This document shows positions 52,546 through 62,267 of a stretch of 64,000 bases of DNA, one piece after another. Each line of letters opens with the position of its first letter. The first letter of the stretch is position 1. Below the pieces are notes generated by a model. It was not told the origin of the DNA, did not search any database, and worked only from the letters and a program-made list of their open reading frames with translations. The DNA is from Candidatus Limnocylindria bacterium. GTDB lineage: Bacteria; Chloroflexota; Limnocylindria; Limnocylindrales; CSP1-4. The position numbers and the translations under genes were made by a program. The stretch spans positions 4,885 through 68,884 of the forward strand of contig DATLDP010000065.1 of assembly GCA_035525825.1 (NCBI GenBank), in the 5' to 3' direction.

Positions 52546-55326
52546 TCAGGCGCCGAGCTGTGCGCGGAGTCGCGCGGACTGTTCCGCGAGCTCGGCCTCG
52601 AGCTTCCGAGCGCCTTCGACGATGGCGGCCGGGGCGCGCTCGGTGAAACGCGGGTTGGCGAGGCGCGAGCGCGCCCCATCGAGTCGCGCCTGGACCTCGG
52701 CGAGCTCCTTCTCGAGCCGCTGGCGCTCCCGGGCGGCGACTTCCTCGGAGGCGCCGGCCGAATCGCCCGCCGCGGGATCCAGGCTTGCGGAGACCCTGCC
52801 GGCGAGCACCGCCAGGCGCCCGCTCGGGTCGGCCTCGGTTGCCGCGGCGTCGCTCAGACTCGAATCCACCCGGGCCAGACGGTCGATGGCGGGCTGGAGC
52901 GCCGACAGGACCCCGGCCATCTCGGCGGGCGCTCTGATCGAGGCCGCCAGGCGCCGTCCGGGCTCGATGCCGGCCTCGGCGCGGGCGTTGCGGATCCCCC
53001 GGATCAGGGTCAGCACCTCGTCGACCACGCCGTCGGTCGCGGCGGCCGCCTTCCCGACACGGGGCCAGCGGGCCACGATCAGCAGCTCGGGATCGTCCTC
53101 GGCGTGCGGCAACGACGCCCACAGGGCCTCGGTCACGAACGGCATGATCGGGTGGAGCAGGCGGAGATAGGTGTCGAGCGCCGACACGAGGGACCACCAC
53201 GTGGCCTCGCGCGCCGCGTCCGGAAGTGACCCATCGGCCAGCCGGACCTTGGCCAGCTCGATGCCCCAGTCGCAGTACTGGCTCCAGGTCGCGTCGTAGA
53301 GGACCCGCGTCGCCTCGCCGAAGTTGTCGTCCTCGTAGGCTCGGTCGACGGCGGCGACCGTGGCCGCGGCGCGCGCCAGAACCCACTGCTCGGCGGGCCC
53401 CAGCTGCGCCGGGTCCGGCGACTCGCGCCGCGACGCCCGGGCGTCATCGATCGACGCCGGCCGGGCACCGAGCACGAAGCGGGTGGCGTTCCAGAGCTTG
53501 TTGGCGAAATTGCGGCCGTCCTCGAGCCGCTCGCTGCTGAACTTCTGGTCGTTCCCGGGCGACGTGCCGTTGAGCAGCGCGAACCGCAGGGCGTCGGCGC
53601 CGGTCTGGTCGATCGCCTCGAGCGGGTCGACGATATTGCCCTTGCTCTTCGACATCTTCTGGCCGGTCGGGTCCTTCACCAGGCCGTGGAGGTAGACCTT
53701 GCGGAAGGGCGGCTTCTCGGCCAGGTGGATGCCCAGCATCATCATTCGGGCGACCCAGAAGAAGATGATGTCGTAGCCCGTCTCCATGACCGTGCCCGGG
53801 TAGTAGCGCCGGAAGTCGTCGGTGTCGTCGGGCCACCCCAGTGTCGAGAACGGCCACAGGCCGGAGCTGTACCAGGTGTCGAAGATGTCCGGATCCTGGG
53901 TGAGCTCCGAGGCCGGCCGGCCACAGGTGTCGCAGGCCGCCGGCCCCTCGATCTCCGAGGACACGGACACGTGGCCATCGGGGCAGTACCAGGCCGGGAT
54001 TCGATGCCCCCACCACAGCTGCCGGCTGACATTCCAGTCGTGGATATTGGTCAGCCAGTGCTCCCAGGTCTTCTCGAAGCGCGTCGGCACGATCGTCGTT
54101 CGACCGCCCCGCGTCGCCTCCAGCGAGGATGCCGCGAGCGGCTCCGTCTTCACGAACCACTGGGTCTTGAGCCGCGGCTCGATGACGTCATTCGAGCGCT
54201 GGCAGCGGCCCAGGATCATCTCGTGCGGGCGCGCGCCCTCGAGGTCGCCCATGGCCTCGAGCTCGCCGACGAGACGCTTGCGGGCCTCGTAGCGATCCAG
54301 CCCATCGAACTCGGTGCCCGAACCGCTGATCGTGGCGTCGTCGCCGAGGATCGTGAGCATCGGGAGGCCGTGGCGCTTGCCGGTCTGGTGGTCGTCCTTG
54401 TCGTGGGCGGGCGTGATCTTGACCGCCCCGGTGCCGAAGGCTCGCTCGACGACAGCGTCGGCAATGACCGAGACGTCCCGATCGACGAACGGGATCCGGA
54501 CCTTCCGCCCAACGAGATCCCGGTATCGATCGTCCTCTGGATGCACGGCGACCGCCGTGTCGCCGAGGATCGTCTCCGGACGGGTGGTCGCGACCGCGAT
54601 CCAGGCGTCCGGATCGGGGGCGCCGGTCGTCTCGTTCACCAGGTGGTAGCGGATCGTCCAGAGCGTGCCGGTTTCCGGCGTCGGGATGACCTCGAGGTCC
54701 GAGACGCTGGTCCGGCAGCCGGGGCACCAGTTGATCAGGGCTTCGGTGCGATACGCGAGCCCTTCGTCGAAGAGCTGCTTGAACGACACGCGCACGGCCT
54801 TGGCCGAGCCTTCGTCCATCGTGAACCGCAGGCGCGACCAGTCCGCGGAGGCCCCGAGCCGCCGCTCCTGCCCGAGCATCACCTCGCGGGTCTCGTTGAT
54901 GAATGTCCACATCCGCTCGAGGTAACGCTCCCGCCCGAGGGACTCCCGGGTCTCGCCATCTGCCGCGATGATCTTGTCGAGGACGTACTGGGCCGCGATC
55001 GAGGCGTGGTCGAGGCCCGGGAGCCAGAGCGTCGGGTGGCCCTCCATCCTGGCGTGGCGAACCATCACGTCCTCGAGGGTGAGGGTGAGCGCGTGGCCCA
55101 GGTGCAGCGCGCCGGTGATGTTCGGCGGCGGCTGGATGACCACGAACGGCTCTTTGCCGGGCTCGGAGTTCGCGCCCGCGCCGTCCGGGGCGAAGACGTC
55201 CGCAGCCAGCCAGCACTCGTAGATCCGGCTTTCGACGTCAGCCGGGACGTAGGCCTTGGGCAGCTGACTGCCCGGCGCGGCCACGTTGCGCCCCGGCTCG
55301 CTCGTCGTCCCGCGCTCGCTGCTCAC
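52546..55326 (-). CDS. valS: Valine--tRNA ligase
   Basis: It has a HIGH region (PPNITGALHLGH), KMSKS (QKMSKSKGN), a CP1 editing domain and a C-terminal coiled coil. The start is taken as GTG55326, with GGAGG 10 nt upstream. The track start TTG55350 lies inside the T-box terminator U-tract. Confidence 0.9.
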   Translation of the reverse strand: MSSERGTTSEPGRNVAAPGSQLPKAYVPADVESRIYECWLAADVFAPDGAGANSEPGKEPFVVIQPPPNITGALHLGHALTLTLEDVMVRHARMEGHPTLWLPGLDHASIAAQYVLDKIIAADGETRESLGRERYLERMWTFINETREVMLGQERRLGASADWSRLRFTMDEGSAKAVRVSFKQLFDEGLAYRTEALINWCPGCRTSVSDLEVIPTPETGTLWTIRYHLVNETTGAPDPDAWIAVATTRPETILGDTAVAVHPEDDRYRDLVGRKVRIPFVDRDVSVIADAVVERAFGTGAVKITPAHDKDDHQTGKRHGLPMLTILGDDATISGSGTEFDGLDRYEARKRLVGELEAMGDLEGARPHEMILGRCQRSNDVIEPRLKTQWFVKTEPLAASSLEATRGGRTTIVPTRFEKTWEHWLTNIHDWNVSRQLWWGHRIPAWYCPDGHVSVSSEIEGPAACDTCGRPASELTQDPDIFDTWYSSGLWPFSTLGWPDDTDDFRRYYPGTVMETGYDIIFFWVARMMMLGIHLAEKPPFRKVYLHGLVKDPTGQKMSKSKGNIVDPLEAIDQTGADALRFALLNGTSPGNDQKFSSERLEDGRNFANKLWNATRFVLGARPASIDDARASRRESPDPAQLGPAEQWVLARAAATVAAVDRAYEDDNFGEATRVLYDATWSQYCDWGIELAKVRLADGSLPDAAREATWWSLVSALDTYLRLLHPIMPFVTEALWASLPHAEDDPELLIVARWPRVGKAAAATDGVVDEVLTLIRGIRNARAEAGIEPGRRLAASIRAPAEMAGVLSALQPAIDRLARVDSSLSDAAATEADPSGRLAVLAGRVSASLDPAAGDSAGASEEVAARERQRLEKELAEVQARLDGARSRLANPRFTERAPAAIVEGARKLEAELAEQSARLRAQLGA

Positions 55327-55342
55327 CCTGCACCTGCCTCCG

Positions 55343-55599
55343 GGAAACAATGAACCCGCTCGTCCAGCGGACGAACGGGTCGTGGTACCACCTGCTGGTT
55401 CGAGATCTCGCCGGGCTCGCTCATCGCGACCCGGTCCAGCCCCTGGGAGCCGGCGCCGAGGTCTCCTCGTGGCGCGCTATCGGGCGCCGGCCGCATGGCT
55501 CGCGAGTGACGTTCACGCCCCGGTGCCCGCGCGGCTCGCACCATCCCGCGCTCGCTCGTGGCCCGTCCGGGCGCTACTCCTCTCGGTCGCCGCCTTGAG
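55343..55599 (-). ncRNA. T-box riboswitch leader, valine specifier (GUC), terminator/antiterminator type
   Basis: On the minus strand, the Stem I base is GAGAGGAGUAG and there is an AG-bulge/distal loop AGCGAGCGCGGGAUGGUGCGAGCCGCGC. The specifier loop is GUGAAC-GUC-A. The T-box sequence is AGCAGGUGGUACCACGACCCG (revcomp of 55372-55392), and CGGGUCG upstream can pair with CGACCCG to form the antiterminator. The terminator is ACCCGUUCGUCC-gcu-GGACGAGCGGGU (55354-55380) followed by UCAUUGUUUC. A possible promoter is TTCGAC-19 nt-TACGAT (55636-55606). Confidence 0.75.
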
Positions 55600-55779
55600 G
55601 GCGGGATCGTAGCACCGAGAAGGGAGACAGGTCGAAGGCACGGAGCGTGTTCACGAGGAGCTGATCTTCGCCAACGTGCTGCGACGAGGCGCCGGAGGCT
55701 GATCTCGCCTGGGCCGCGGCCAGACGTTTCGGAGCCCGGCCGATCGCAGCGACAGCCGAGCCCCAGGGCGGACGTGGCT

Positions 55780-56751
55780 TCAGCCCTTGGCGGCGGCCTC
55801 CGAGAACGCGCGTCGAAGCCCGGCCGCCCCGACGTCGACCGCGTCCCGCGCCTTGTCCACCACGGCTCCCATCCCGAAGAACTCATGGGCGACCCCATCG
55901 AAGCGCTGCGCCGCGACCTCCACGCCAGCACTCCGGAGGCGATCGGCGTACATCTCGCCCTCACTGCACAGCGGGTCGATCTCGGCGGTGATGACCGTCG
56001 CGGGCGGCAGGCCACGGAGGTCCGCGTGCAATGGCGTGGCATGCGGCTCGCTCCGCAGCGTCGCATCCGGCGCGTAGTTGTCCCAGAACCACTGCATCAG
56101 GTCGCGGCCGAGTGGTTTTGCGGCCGCGTGCCGGACGTACGACGGCGTATCGAAGTCCGCATCGACGACGGGGTAGACGAGGAGCTGGTGGAGTGGCACC
56201 GGCCAGCCTTGCTTCAAGAACTCCAAGCAGGTGGTCGTCGCAAGGTTCCCACCCGCGCTCTCACCGGCGATCGCGAGTCGATCCGGGTCTCCACCGAGCT
56301 CTGCGGCGTGGTCGCTGATCCAGCGCGTGGCCGCCACGGCGTCCTCATGGGCAGCCGGGTAGGGATGCTCAGGCGCCTGCCGGTAGTGGCACGAGATCAC
56401 GACGCACTCGGCGGCATTCGCCAGCGCGCGGGCTGAGCTGTCATACGTGTCGATCGTCGCGATCACCCACCCGCCCCCGTGAAAGTACACGAGCACCGGG
56501 AAGGGCCCGGCGCCTTCCGGCGCGTACAGCCGTGCCTGGATCTCGCCTGCGGGCCCTGGAATCGTGAGGTCGCGAACGTCGGCAACCGGCTCGGGCTCGG
56601 TGCTCCTGCCAAGGTCGCGGAGAACCTTCTTCACCGCATCGGCAGGGGTGGGGCCGCTGCGCGCCTCCTGCGGCGAGACGGTGTTCGGGGGCGCGGCATC
56701 GAAGCTGGCCAGGGCATCGAGCACGGCTTGCATCTGCGGATCCACTGACAT
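55780..56751 (-). CDS. Alpha/beta-hydrolase fold-3 esterase/lipase (hormone-sensitive lipase family)
   Basis: ATG56751 gives 323 aa. It has the oxyanion HGGGW motif (VYFHGGGWVI), a nucleophile elbow GESAGGNLA, and a C-terminal DPL...HEF catalytic Asp/His context. Confidence 0.85.
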   Translation of the reverse strand: MSVDPQMQAVLDALASFDAAPPNTVSPQEARSGPTPADAVKKVLRDLGRSTEPEPVADVRDLTIPGPAGEIQARLYAPEGAGPFPVLVYFHGGGWVIATIDTYDSSARALANAAECVVISCHYRQAPEHPYPAAHEDAVAATRWISDHAAELGGDPDRLAIAGESAGGNLATTTCLEFLKQGWPVPLHQLLVYPVVDADFDTPSYVRHAAAKPLGRDLMQWFWDNYAPDATLRSEPHATPLHADLRGLPPATVITAEIDPLCSEGEMYADRLRSAGVEVAAQRFDGVAHEFFGMGAVVDKARDAVDVGAAGLRRAFSEAAAKG

Positions 56752-56891
56752 GACGGACTCCAGGGTTGTTGAGCTGGTTGCCCACAGTAGGACCGGACGC
56801 GTTCCGTGCATCCTCTGGAGGCCCTGGCGAGGTTGCATCCTTCTGGCGAACAGAAGGGACCCCAAGCGCTAGGGGCGCGACAGCGAAGGCG

Positions 56892-57617
56892 CTACTCGAC
56901 GAAGCAGCCTCTGGGTGCCGCCGAAGGTCGTGACTCCTCGGGCGACGCGGCGAGGGTCTCAACCAGGCCGGCGACGACCTGGAGCTTCGGGACGGTGCCG
57001 CGTGGGCCTTCGCTTGTCTGGAGGATCAGGCGCCCCTGATCCGGCGGGACTCCCTGCGCCGCCGAGCGATCGGTCGCATGCCGCAGGACCTCCGAGATGC
57101 GGTATCGGTAGCGGATGTTCGCGGTCGAGTAGACGTCGACCATCGCCCCGATGAGCTCCGCGCCGTCAGCCCGTTCCGAAGCCAGGAGGAGCTCCAGCAA
57201 CATGCCCTCGCGGGCGTGGCCGTAGATCCAGGTGGTCGCTCCAAGGCGACCGGGGTACGGGAAGGTCGTCAGGTACTGCGCGACGTCGCACAGTGGGTAA
57301 TCGGCGGGATTGCCCGGCACGGTTGCGTCTCCGGAGATGACGGGGAGGTCGATCCGGAGGTCCGGCATGACCACACGGGACGGGACGTCGGTCGGCCGGT
57401 TCGACACTGGCGGCCCGGAGGGGCCCATCGACGCTGGCGACGCGGAGGTTGTCATCACGGTCGCCGTCGGAAGCTGGGTGGCAAGGGCGCCGGCCGGAGT
57501 CCCCTGCGGGGTCTGGGCAGCGAGACTCGTGGCGCCAGCCCCACCGCCGCACGCCGCAAGCGTGATGGCGACCAGGGCCGTCACGATCACCTGGGACGCA
57601 CGGTTGGGGGTTGACAT
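56892..57617 (-). CDS. Sortase-fold lipoprotein lacking the canonical active-site cysteine
   Basis: ATG57617 gives MSTPNRASQVIVTALVAITLAAC (lipobox). It is followed by a sortase-like layout: PDLRIDLPVISG, WIYGHAREG, VDVYSTANIRYRYRISEV, then GRLILQTSEG where TLxTC is expected. Upstream alternative starts fall inside a strong hairpin. Confidence 0.5.
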   Translation of the reverse strand: MSTPNRASQVIVTALVAITLAACGGGAGATSLAAQTPQGTPAGALATQLPTATVMTTSASPASMGPSGPPVSNRPTDVPSRVVMPDLRIDLPVISGDATVPGNPADYPLCDVAQYLTTFPYPGRLGATTWIYGHAREGMLLELLLASERADGAELIGAMVDVYSTANIRYRYRISEVLRHATDRSAAQGVPPDQGRLILQTSEGPRGTVPKLQVVAGLVETLAASPEESRPSAAPRGCFVE

Positions 57618-57630
57618 GGCTGGACGTGAA

Positions 57631-57664
57631 ACGGCCGGCGCCTGCATTCGCAGGCGCCGGCCGT
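57631..57664 (-). terminator. Strong stem-loop after the surface-protein gene (possible terminator/attenuator)
   Basis: acGGCCGGCGCCTGC-attc-GCAGGCGCCGGCCgt forms a 15-bp stem. On the minus strand it is followed only by TTCAC, so the U-tract is weak. Confidence 0.45.
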
Positions 57665-57678
57665 TCATCCCATCGTGG

Positions 57679-58455
57679 CTAGGCGTTCCGGCGACGAAGG
57701 GCGAACCCAACGCCGAGGAGGCCGAAGAGCATCCCGCCGAGGATCGGCAGGACGGGAATGTTCGAGGTCGTGCTCTCGGACACGGTGTCCGTCGCGGGCG
57801 ACTTCTCGAAGTTGTAGATGTGCAGCATGGCCTGATTGTCGTCGTCGCCCGACAGGTCGAGCGTGACGGTTGAAGAGGAGGCGTCGAAGTCGGCGCCGGT
57901 CCCTGCGTCATCGCCAGTAGCCTGGAGGGCCTTGGGCGTCAGCAGCATGGTCCCGAACTTCCAGCCGTTCGGAGGGGTGGTCTCCTTGACCGTGAGCTCA
58001 CCGACGGCGAGGTCGCTGAAGACATAGTGCGAGATGTCGAGGCAGACGTCGTCGGTCTTCTGGCCGTCGCCGTTCGCGTCCCGATCGATGTCGGTCTCGC
58101 ACAGCTTGGCGGCCATGAACTTGGCGTCGGCGAGGGTCTGGACGTCGCCGTTCTTGTCGGTGACCTTGAAGTCGAAGTCAACCGGGGTGCCGGCGTTGCC
58201 GTCCGTGATCGAATCGCCGTCGTCCGTGAGGACGATGGTGGGACACGCCAGGACGGTCAGCGCGAGTGCCGTGATCTCGTCGCCGTTGGCCTGCGCCACG
58301 ATGGCGTCGAAGTCCGCCTGGTTCTTGATCGGCTGCTCGGTACAGGCGTGCTTCATGATCATGAGCGTTCCCGCGTCGCCGGACGCGGCGGATGCCGGCA
58401 CTGCTGCTGCGACCAGCAGGCCTGCGGCCAGCACGAGGGCAAAGGATCGTCGCAT
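57679..58455 (-). CDS. Secreted surface protein with a Cna-B/prealbumin-like domain and a tripartite C-terminal anchor
   Basis: 258 aa. The signal peptide is MRRSFALVLAAGLLVAAAVPASA. It has four Cys, an acidic Ca-binding-like stretch (DIDRDANGDGQKTDD), ELTVKETTPPNGWKF...MLHIYNF, then SPATDTVSESTTSN + IPVLPILGGMLFGLLGVGFAL + RRRNA. AGGAGAG lies upstream of ATG58455. Confidence 0.6.
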   Translation of the reverse strand: MRRSFALVLAAGLLVAAAVPASAASGDAGTLMIMKHACTEQPIKNQADFDAIVAQANGDEITALALTVLACPTIVLTDDGDSITDGNAGTPVDFDFKVTDKNGDVQTLADAKFMAAKLCETDIDRDANGDGQKTDDVCLDISHYVFSDLAVGELTVKETTPPNGWKFGTMLLTPKALQATGDDAGTGADFDASSSTVTLDLSGDDDNQAMLHIYNFEKSPATDTVSESTTSNIPVLPILGGMLFGLLGVGFALRRRNA

Positions 58456-58691
58456 GTGGTCTCTCCTGTGAGGTGGGGCGCTGGACCCGGCCTGGGTCGC
58501 TGGATCACCCCTTCACCTTCGATCCTTATGCGCACGGGACCGGGCCGCGGCTCACCGATTTGCGTTGCAAGGATGTGACAGCGGTCAGGTGCGCCGTCGG
58601 CCAAGGCGATCGCCCGGGCACCGACGCGCGGGGACTGCGGGTCCTCAGGCGCCTGCGGCCGTGCGCTCGGCGGCAAGCGGGCGGACCGTCA

Positions 58692-60005
58692 TCAGGCGGT
58701 GGCGCTCCGCTCAGCGAGCCAGTCCTCGTAGTTCGTCTCGTCGACGCCCTTCTCGACCTCGCTCTTGGTGAGCAGGAGCGGGACGCGTCCGGACCGGATC
58801 GTCTCCTCGGTGATGATGCATTTGCGGACGTCTGACCGCTCCGGGATGTCGTACATCACCTCGAGGAGCGCCTCCTCGACGATCGAGCGGAGCGCCCGCG
58901 CGCCGGTCTTCCGATCCAGGGCGACATCCGCCGCCGCCCGCAACGCGCCCGGCGTGAACACCAGCTCCACCTTGTCCAACGACAGGAAGCGCTGGAACTG
59001 GCGTGCGACCGCGTTCTTGGGCTCGGTAAGGACGCGAACGAGGTCGTCCGCGGTCAGCGCCGTGAGCGTGACGATGACGGGCAGCCGGCCCACGAACTCC
59101 GGGATCAGGCCGAACTTCAGGAGGTCCTCCGGCATCAACTTCTCGAGGACCTTGCCCCGCTCGATGGAGCCCACCGCGGCCGACTCGGAGCCGAAGCCGA
59201 TGGAGCGCTTCCCAACCCGCTCCTCGACGATCTTCTCGAGCCCGTCGAAGGCACCGCCGCAGATGAACAGCACGTTCGTGGTGTCGATCTGGATGAAGTC
59301 CTGGTGGGGATGCTTGCGGCCGCCCTGGGGCGGCACGTTCGCGACCGTCCCCTCGAGGATCTTCAGGAGGGCCTGCTGGACGCCCTCGCCCGACACGTCA
59401 CGGGTGATCGAGGGGTTGTCCGCCTTGCGTGCGATCTTGTCGATCTCGTCGATGTAGATGATCCCGCGCTGCGCCCGGGCGACGTCGAAGTCCGCCGCCT
59501 GGATCAGCCGCAGCAGGATGTTCTCGACGTCCTCGCCGACATAGCCCGCCTCGGTGAGGGAGGTCGCGTCCGCGATGCAGAACGGCACGTCCAGCACTCG
59601 CGCAAGGGTCTGGGCCAGGAGCGTCTTGCCGGACCCGGTGGGACCGACGAGTAGGACGTTGGACTTCTGGAGCTCGACCTCGTCCACCGAGTGGCCGGCG
59701 TTCACTCGCTTGTAGTGGTTGTAGACCGCCACGGAGAGGACCTTCTTGGCCTTCTCCTGGCTGATCACGTACTGGTCCAGGGCGGACTTGATCTGGCGAG
59801 GGTTCGGGAGCTTGGCCACGGCCGGCTTGGCCTTCGGCTGCTCCAGCATCTCCTCTTCAATGATCTCCTGGCAGAGGTTGATGCACTCGTCGCAGATGTA
59901 CACGCCCTGCCCGGCGATGAGCTTCCGGACCTGCTCCTGGCTCTTGCCGCAGAACGAGCAGCGATACGGGACCTTGGTGCCCTTGCTCCCGCTGGTCGTG
60001 CTCAC
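58692..60005 (-). CDS. clpX: ATP-dependent Clp protease ATP-binding subunit ClpX
   Basis: 437 aa with an N-terminal zinc-binding domain ([26 protein letters not shown]), Walker [15 protein letters not shown], and IYIDEIDKI. Confidence 0.95.
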   Translation of the reverse strand: MSTTSGSKGTKVPYRCSFCGKSQEQVRKLIAGQGVYICDECINLCQEIIEEEMLEQPKAKPAVAKLPNPRQIKSALDQYVISQEKAKKVLSVAVYNHYKRVNAGHSVDEVELQKSNVLLVGPTGSGKTLLAQTLARVLDVPFCIADATSLTEAGYVGEDVENILLRLIQAADFDVARAQRGIIYIDEIDKIARKADNPSITRDVSGEGVQQALLKILEGTVANVPPQGGRKHPHQDFIQIDTTNVLFICGGAFDGLEKIVEERVGKRSIGFGSESAAVGSIERGKVLEKLMPEDLLKFGLIPEFVGRLPVIVTLTALTADDLVRVLTEPKNAVARQFQRFLSLDKVELVFTPGALRAAADVALDRKTGARALRSIVEEALLEVMYDIPERSDVRKCIITEETIRSGRVPLLLTKSEVEKGVDETNYEDWLAERSATA

Positions 60006-60054
60006 CCGTTCCCCTTGCCTCGCGGTCCCCGCCCCGCCCGGCGTTCCGGCCGGA

Positions 60055-60756
60055 TCAGGACTTCGACTTCTTCTGCACCTCTGGCGCCGCGTCGACTTCG
60101 GCTTCCGCCGGCTCGGTCACGCTGGAGCCCTCGCCACCGGACAGTCCGGCATCGTGAGCCGCGGCGATCAGCGACGTCCCCTGGAGGTTGTAGACCGCAT
60201 CGATGATGCCATAGTCCTTTGCCTCGTCCGGGCTCATGAATCGGTCTCGCTCGGTATCCTGGACCACCTTCTCGAGCTTCTGCCCAGTGTGACGGGCGAG
60301 GATCTGGTGGTTCAGGTCGACGAGGGTCTCCCACTCCTTCATCTGGATCAGCGCGTCCATCGGCGCGCCCCGAAACCCGCCGGATCCCTGGTGGATCATG
60401 ATCCGGCTGTGGGGCAGCCCGTAGCGCTTGCCCTTCTCCCCGGCGGCGAGCAGCACGGAGGCCATGGATGCCGCCTGGCCGATGCAGATCGTGCTCACCG
60501 GCGCGCGCAGGTACTGCATCGTGTCGTAGATCGCGAGGCCCGCCGTCACCACGCCGCCGGGCGAGTTGATGTAGAGGCTGATGTCCTTCTCGGGATCCTC
60601 GGACTCGAGGAACAGCAGCTGGGCGATGATCAGGTTCGCGAGGTGGTCCTCGATCACGTCACCCAGGAAGATGATCCGCTCCTTCAGCAGGCGCGAGTAG
60701 ATGTCGTAGGCGCGCTCCCCCCGGCTGGAGGATTCGATGACCATCGGCACGAGCAT
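60055..60756 (-). CDS. clpP: ATP-dependent Clp protease proteolytic subunit
   Basis: 233 aa with [20 protein letters not shown], the catalytic Ser context ([11 protein letters not shown]), MIHQ, and an Ala/Glu/Lys-rich C-terminal extension of about 35 aa. Confidence 0.95.
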   Translation of the reverse strand: MLVPMVIESSSRGERAYDIYSRLLKERIIFLGDVIEDHLANLIIAQLLFLESEDPEKDISLYINSPGGVVTAGLAIYDTMQYLRAPVSTICIGQAASMASVLLAAGEKGKRYGLPHSRIMIHQGSGGFRGAPMDALIQMKEWETLVDLNHQILARHTGQKLEKVVQDTERDRFMSPDEAKDYGIIDAVYNLQGTSLIAAAHDAGLSGGEGSSVTEPAEAEVDAAPEVQKKSKS

Positions 60757-60812
60757 TCGGGCGGTCTCCTTGGGCGGCGGTGCGGTGAGCGGGCTGTGGT
60801 TCGGTTGGGGGC

Positions 60813-62168
60813 CTAGCTGACGCCCGCATCGAGGGCGACGGGCTCGTCCTGCTCAGCGTGCGGCAGCGGGGGATGCTCAGGATGGGCGGCGAGCCACTCG
60901 TCGACAAGCTTCTCGACGAGGCGGCTGCGGCGAAGGGTGCTCCGGATGAAGCTCCGGCCGCGCTCCGATTCGAAGTAGCCGAGGGTCCGTCGATCGTTGC
61001 CGTAGCGGCTCCGGGCCTGCGCGATCTCGCCCTCGATGTCGGCGTCGGAGATCTCCACGCCCTCGGCCTCGGCGACCTTCGAGAGGACGAGAAGGGTCTT
61101 CACCCGCTTCTCGGCGCGGGGATGGAAGTCCGTGTGGAGGTCTGCCTCGGTCTTGCCGGCCACCTTGAGGTAGGCCGCTTCGTCGACCCCCTGGCGTGCG
61201 AGCGACCCGCGCAGCTCGTCATGCATGATCTCGACCTCCTGGTCCACCAGGACGTCGGGCAGCTCGACGGTCGCGTTGGCCGTCGCGTACTCGATGATCT
61301 TGTCAGCGAACTCGTGCCGCGCGCGATCGAGCGCGTTGCGCTCGAGGCGGGCCTTGATCTCGGTCCGGAGCCCCGCGAGGTCCTCGAAGCTGCCGAGGGA
61401 GGCCGCGAACTCGTCGTTTTCCGGCGGGAGGATCTTCTCGCGCAGCTCCTTGAGCTCGACCTCGAACCGGGCGGCCTGGCCGGCGAGGCTCGCCTCGGGG
61501 TAGTCTTCGGGGAAGGCGATGTCGAACGCGGTCGATTCGCCGACCTTGAGGCCGACGATGTTGGCCTCGAAGCCGGGGATGAGGCGCTCCTCGCCGAGGA
61601 TCAGGGGCATCCGCTCGGTTGAGCCGCCCTCGAATGGGACCCCGTCGCGGGTGCCTTGATAGCCGATCACCACGTAGTCGCCGTTCTGGGCCCCGCGACC
61701 CTCCACGGGTCCGAGGCTGGCGTTCTGGTCGCGCAGCTCCTCGATGACCTTGGCGACCTTGGCGTCGTCGATCGTCTCGATCTCGGGCGTGAAGTTGAAC
61801 CCGCGGTAGTCCCCGAGCTCGACGTCCGGACGGACCTGGACGACCGCCGTGAAGATGACCGGTTTGCCCTCTTCGCCCTGCTCGACGTTCACCTCGGCCT
61901 GGGTGAGTGGCAGGATCTCCTTCTCGACGAGGGCGTCGCGGTAGGCCTTCTGGACCAGGTGGTCCATCGCCTCCTCCATGACGGCCTCGGAGCCGACGAC
62001 CCGCTCGACGACTGCGCGCGGCGCCTTGCCGGGCCGGAAGCCGTGGATCTTGGTGCGCTGCGAGAGGTGGCGAACGGCCTGGGAGATGGCGCCGTCGAGC
62101 TTCTCGGCGGGGACCTCGACGCGGACGTTCAGGGAGCTCTTGGGAGCGGGGGTCACGGTGACGTTCAT
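60813..62168 (-). CDS. tig: Trigger factor
   Basis: ATG62168 gives 451 aa. It has the ribosome-binding signature [15 protein letters not shown], an FKBP-type PPIase domain ([14 protein letters not shown]) and a C-terminal arm. The upstream 135 codons of track ORF 60813-62573 are R/A-rich shadow covering a repeat region. Confidence 0.9.
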   Translation of the reverse strand: MNVTVTPAPKSSLNVRVEVPAEKLDGAISQAVRHLSQRTKIHGFRPGKAPRAVVERVVGSEAVMEEAMDHLVQKAYRDALVEKEILPLTQAEVNVEQGEEGKPVIFTAVVQVRPDVELGDYRGFNFTPEIETIDDAKVAKVIEELRDQNASLGPVEGRGAQNGDYVVIGYQGTRDGVPFEGGSTERMPLILGEERLIPGFEANIVGLKVGESTAFDIAFPEDYPEASLAGQAARFEVELKELREKILPPENDEFAASLGSFEDLAGLRTEIKARLERNALDRARHEFADKIIEYATANATVELPDVLVDQEVEIMHDELRGSLARQGVDEAAYLKVAGKTEADLHTDFHPRAEKRVKTLLVLSKVAEAEGVEISDADIEGEIAQARSRYGNDRRTLGYFESERGRSFIRSTLRRSRLVEKLVDEWLAAHPEHPPLPHAEQDEPVALDAGVS

Positions 62169-62182
62169 CGCCGCCGAGTATA
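62166..62182 (-). promoter_or_regulatory. Candidate leaderless or near-leaderless promoter/start of tig (TATACT-8 nt-ATG)
   Basis: The minus strand reads gcaccTATACTcggcggcgATGaacgtc. The -10-like hexamer is the revcomp of 62177-62182. There is no SD between it and the ATG. Confidence 0.4.
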
Positions 62183-62267
62183 GGTGCGGCGCCCGTTCCG
62201 ACCGGCACGATGACCGAGCGCGGCCGCCGACCCGCCGCCCGCCGCCTGCCGCCCACTGAGCGGCGCC

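Noticed and set aside
55323-56066. A 247-aa minus-strand ORF covering the valS leader and the esterase 3' end.
   Set aside because: The region folds into a complete T-box leader. The ORF is Arg-rich and overlaps the esterase gene out of frame.
58456-58691. A 236-bp gap downstream of clpX and upstream of the surface-protein gene, with a short direct repeat (TCCAGCG(A/C)CCC twice) and small palindromes (CAGGCGCCTG, GGCGATCGCC).
   Set aside because: I could not fold a convincing terminator, riboswitch or promoter by eye. The repeats are too short to distinguish from chance at this GC content.
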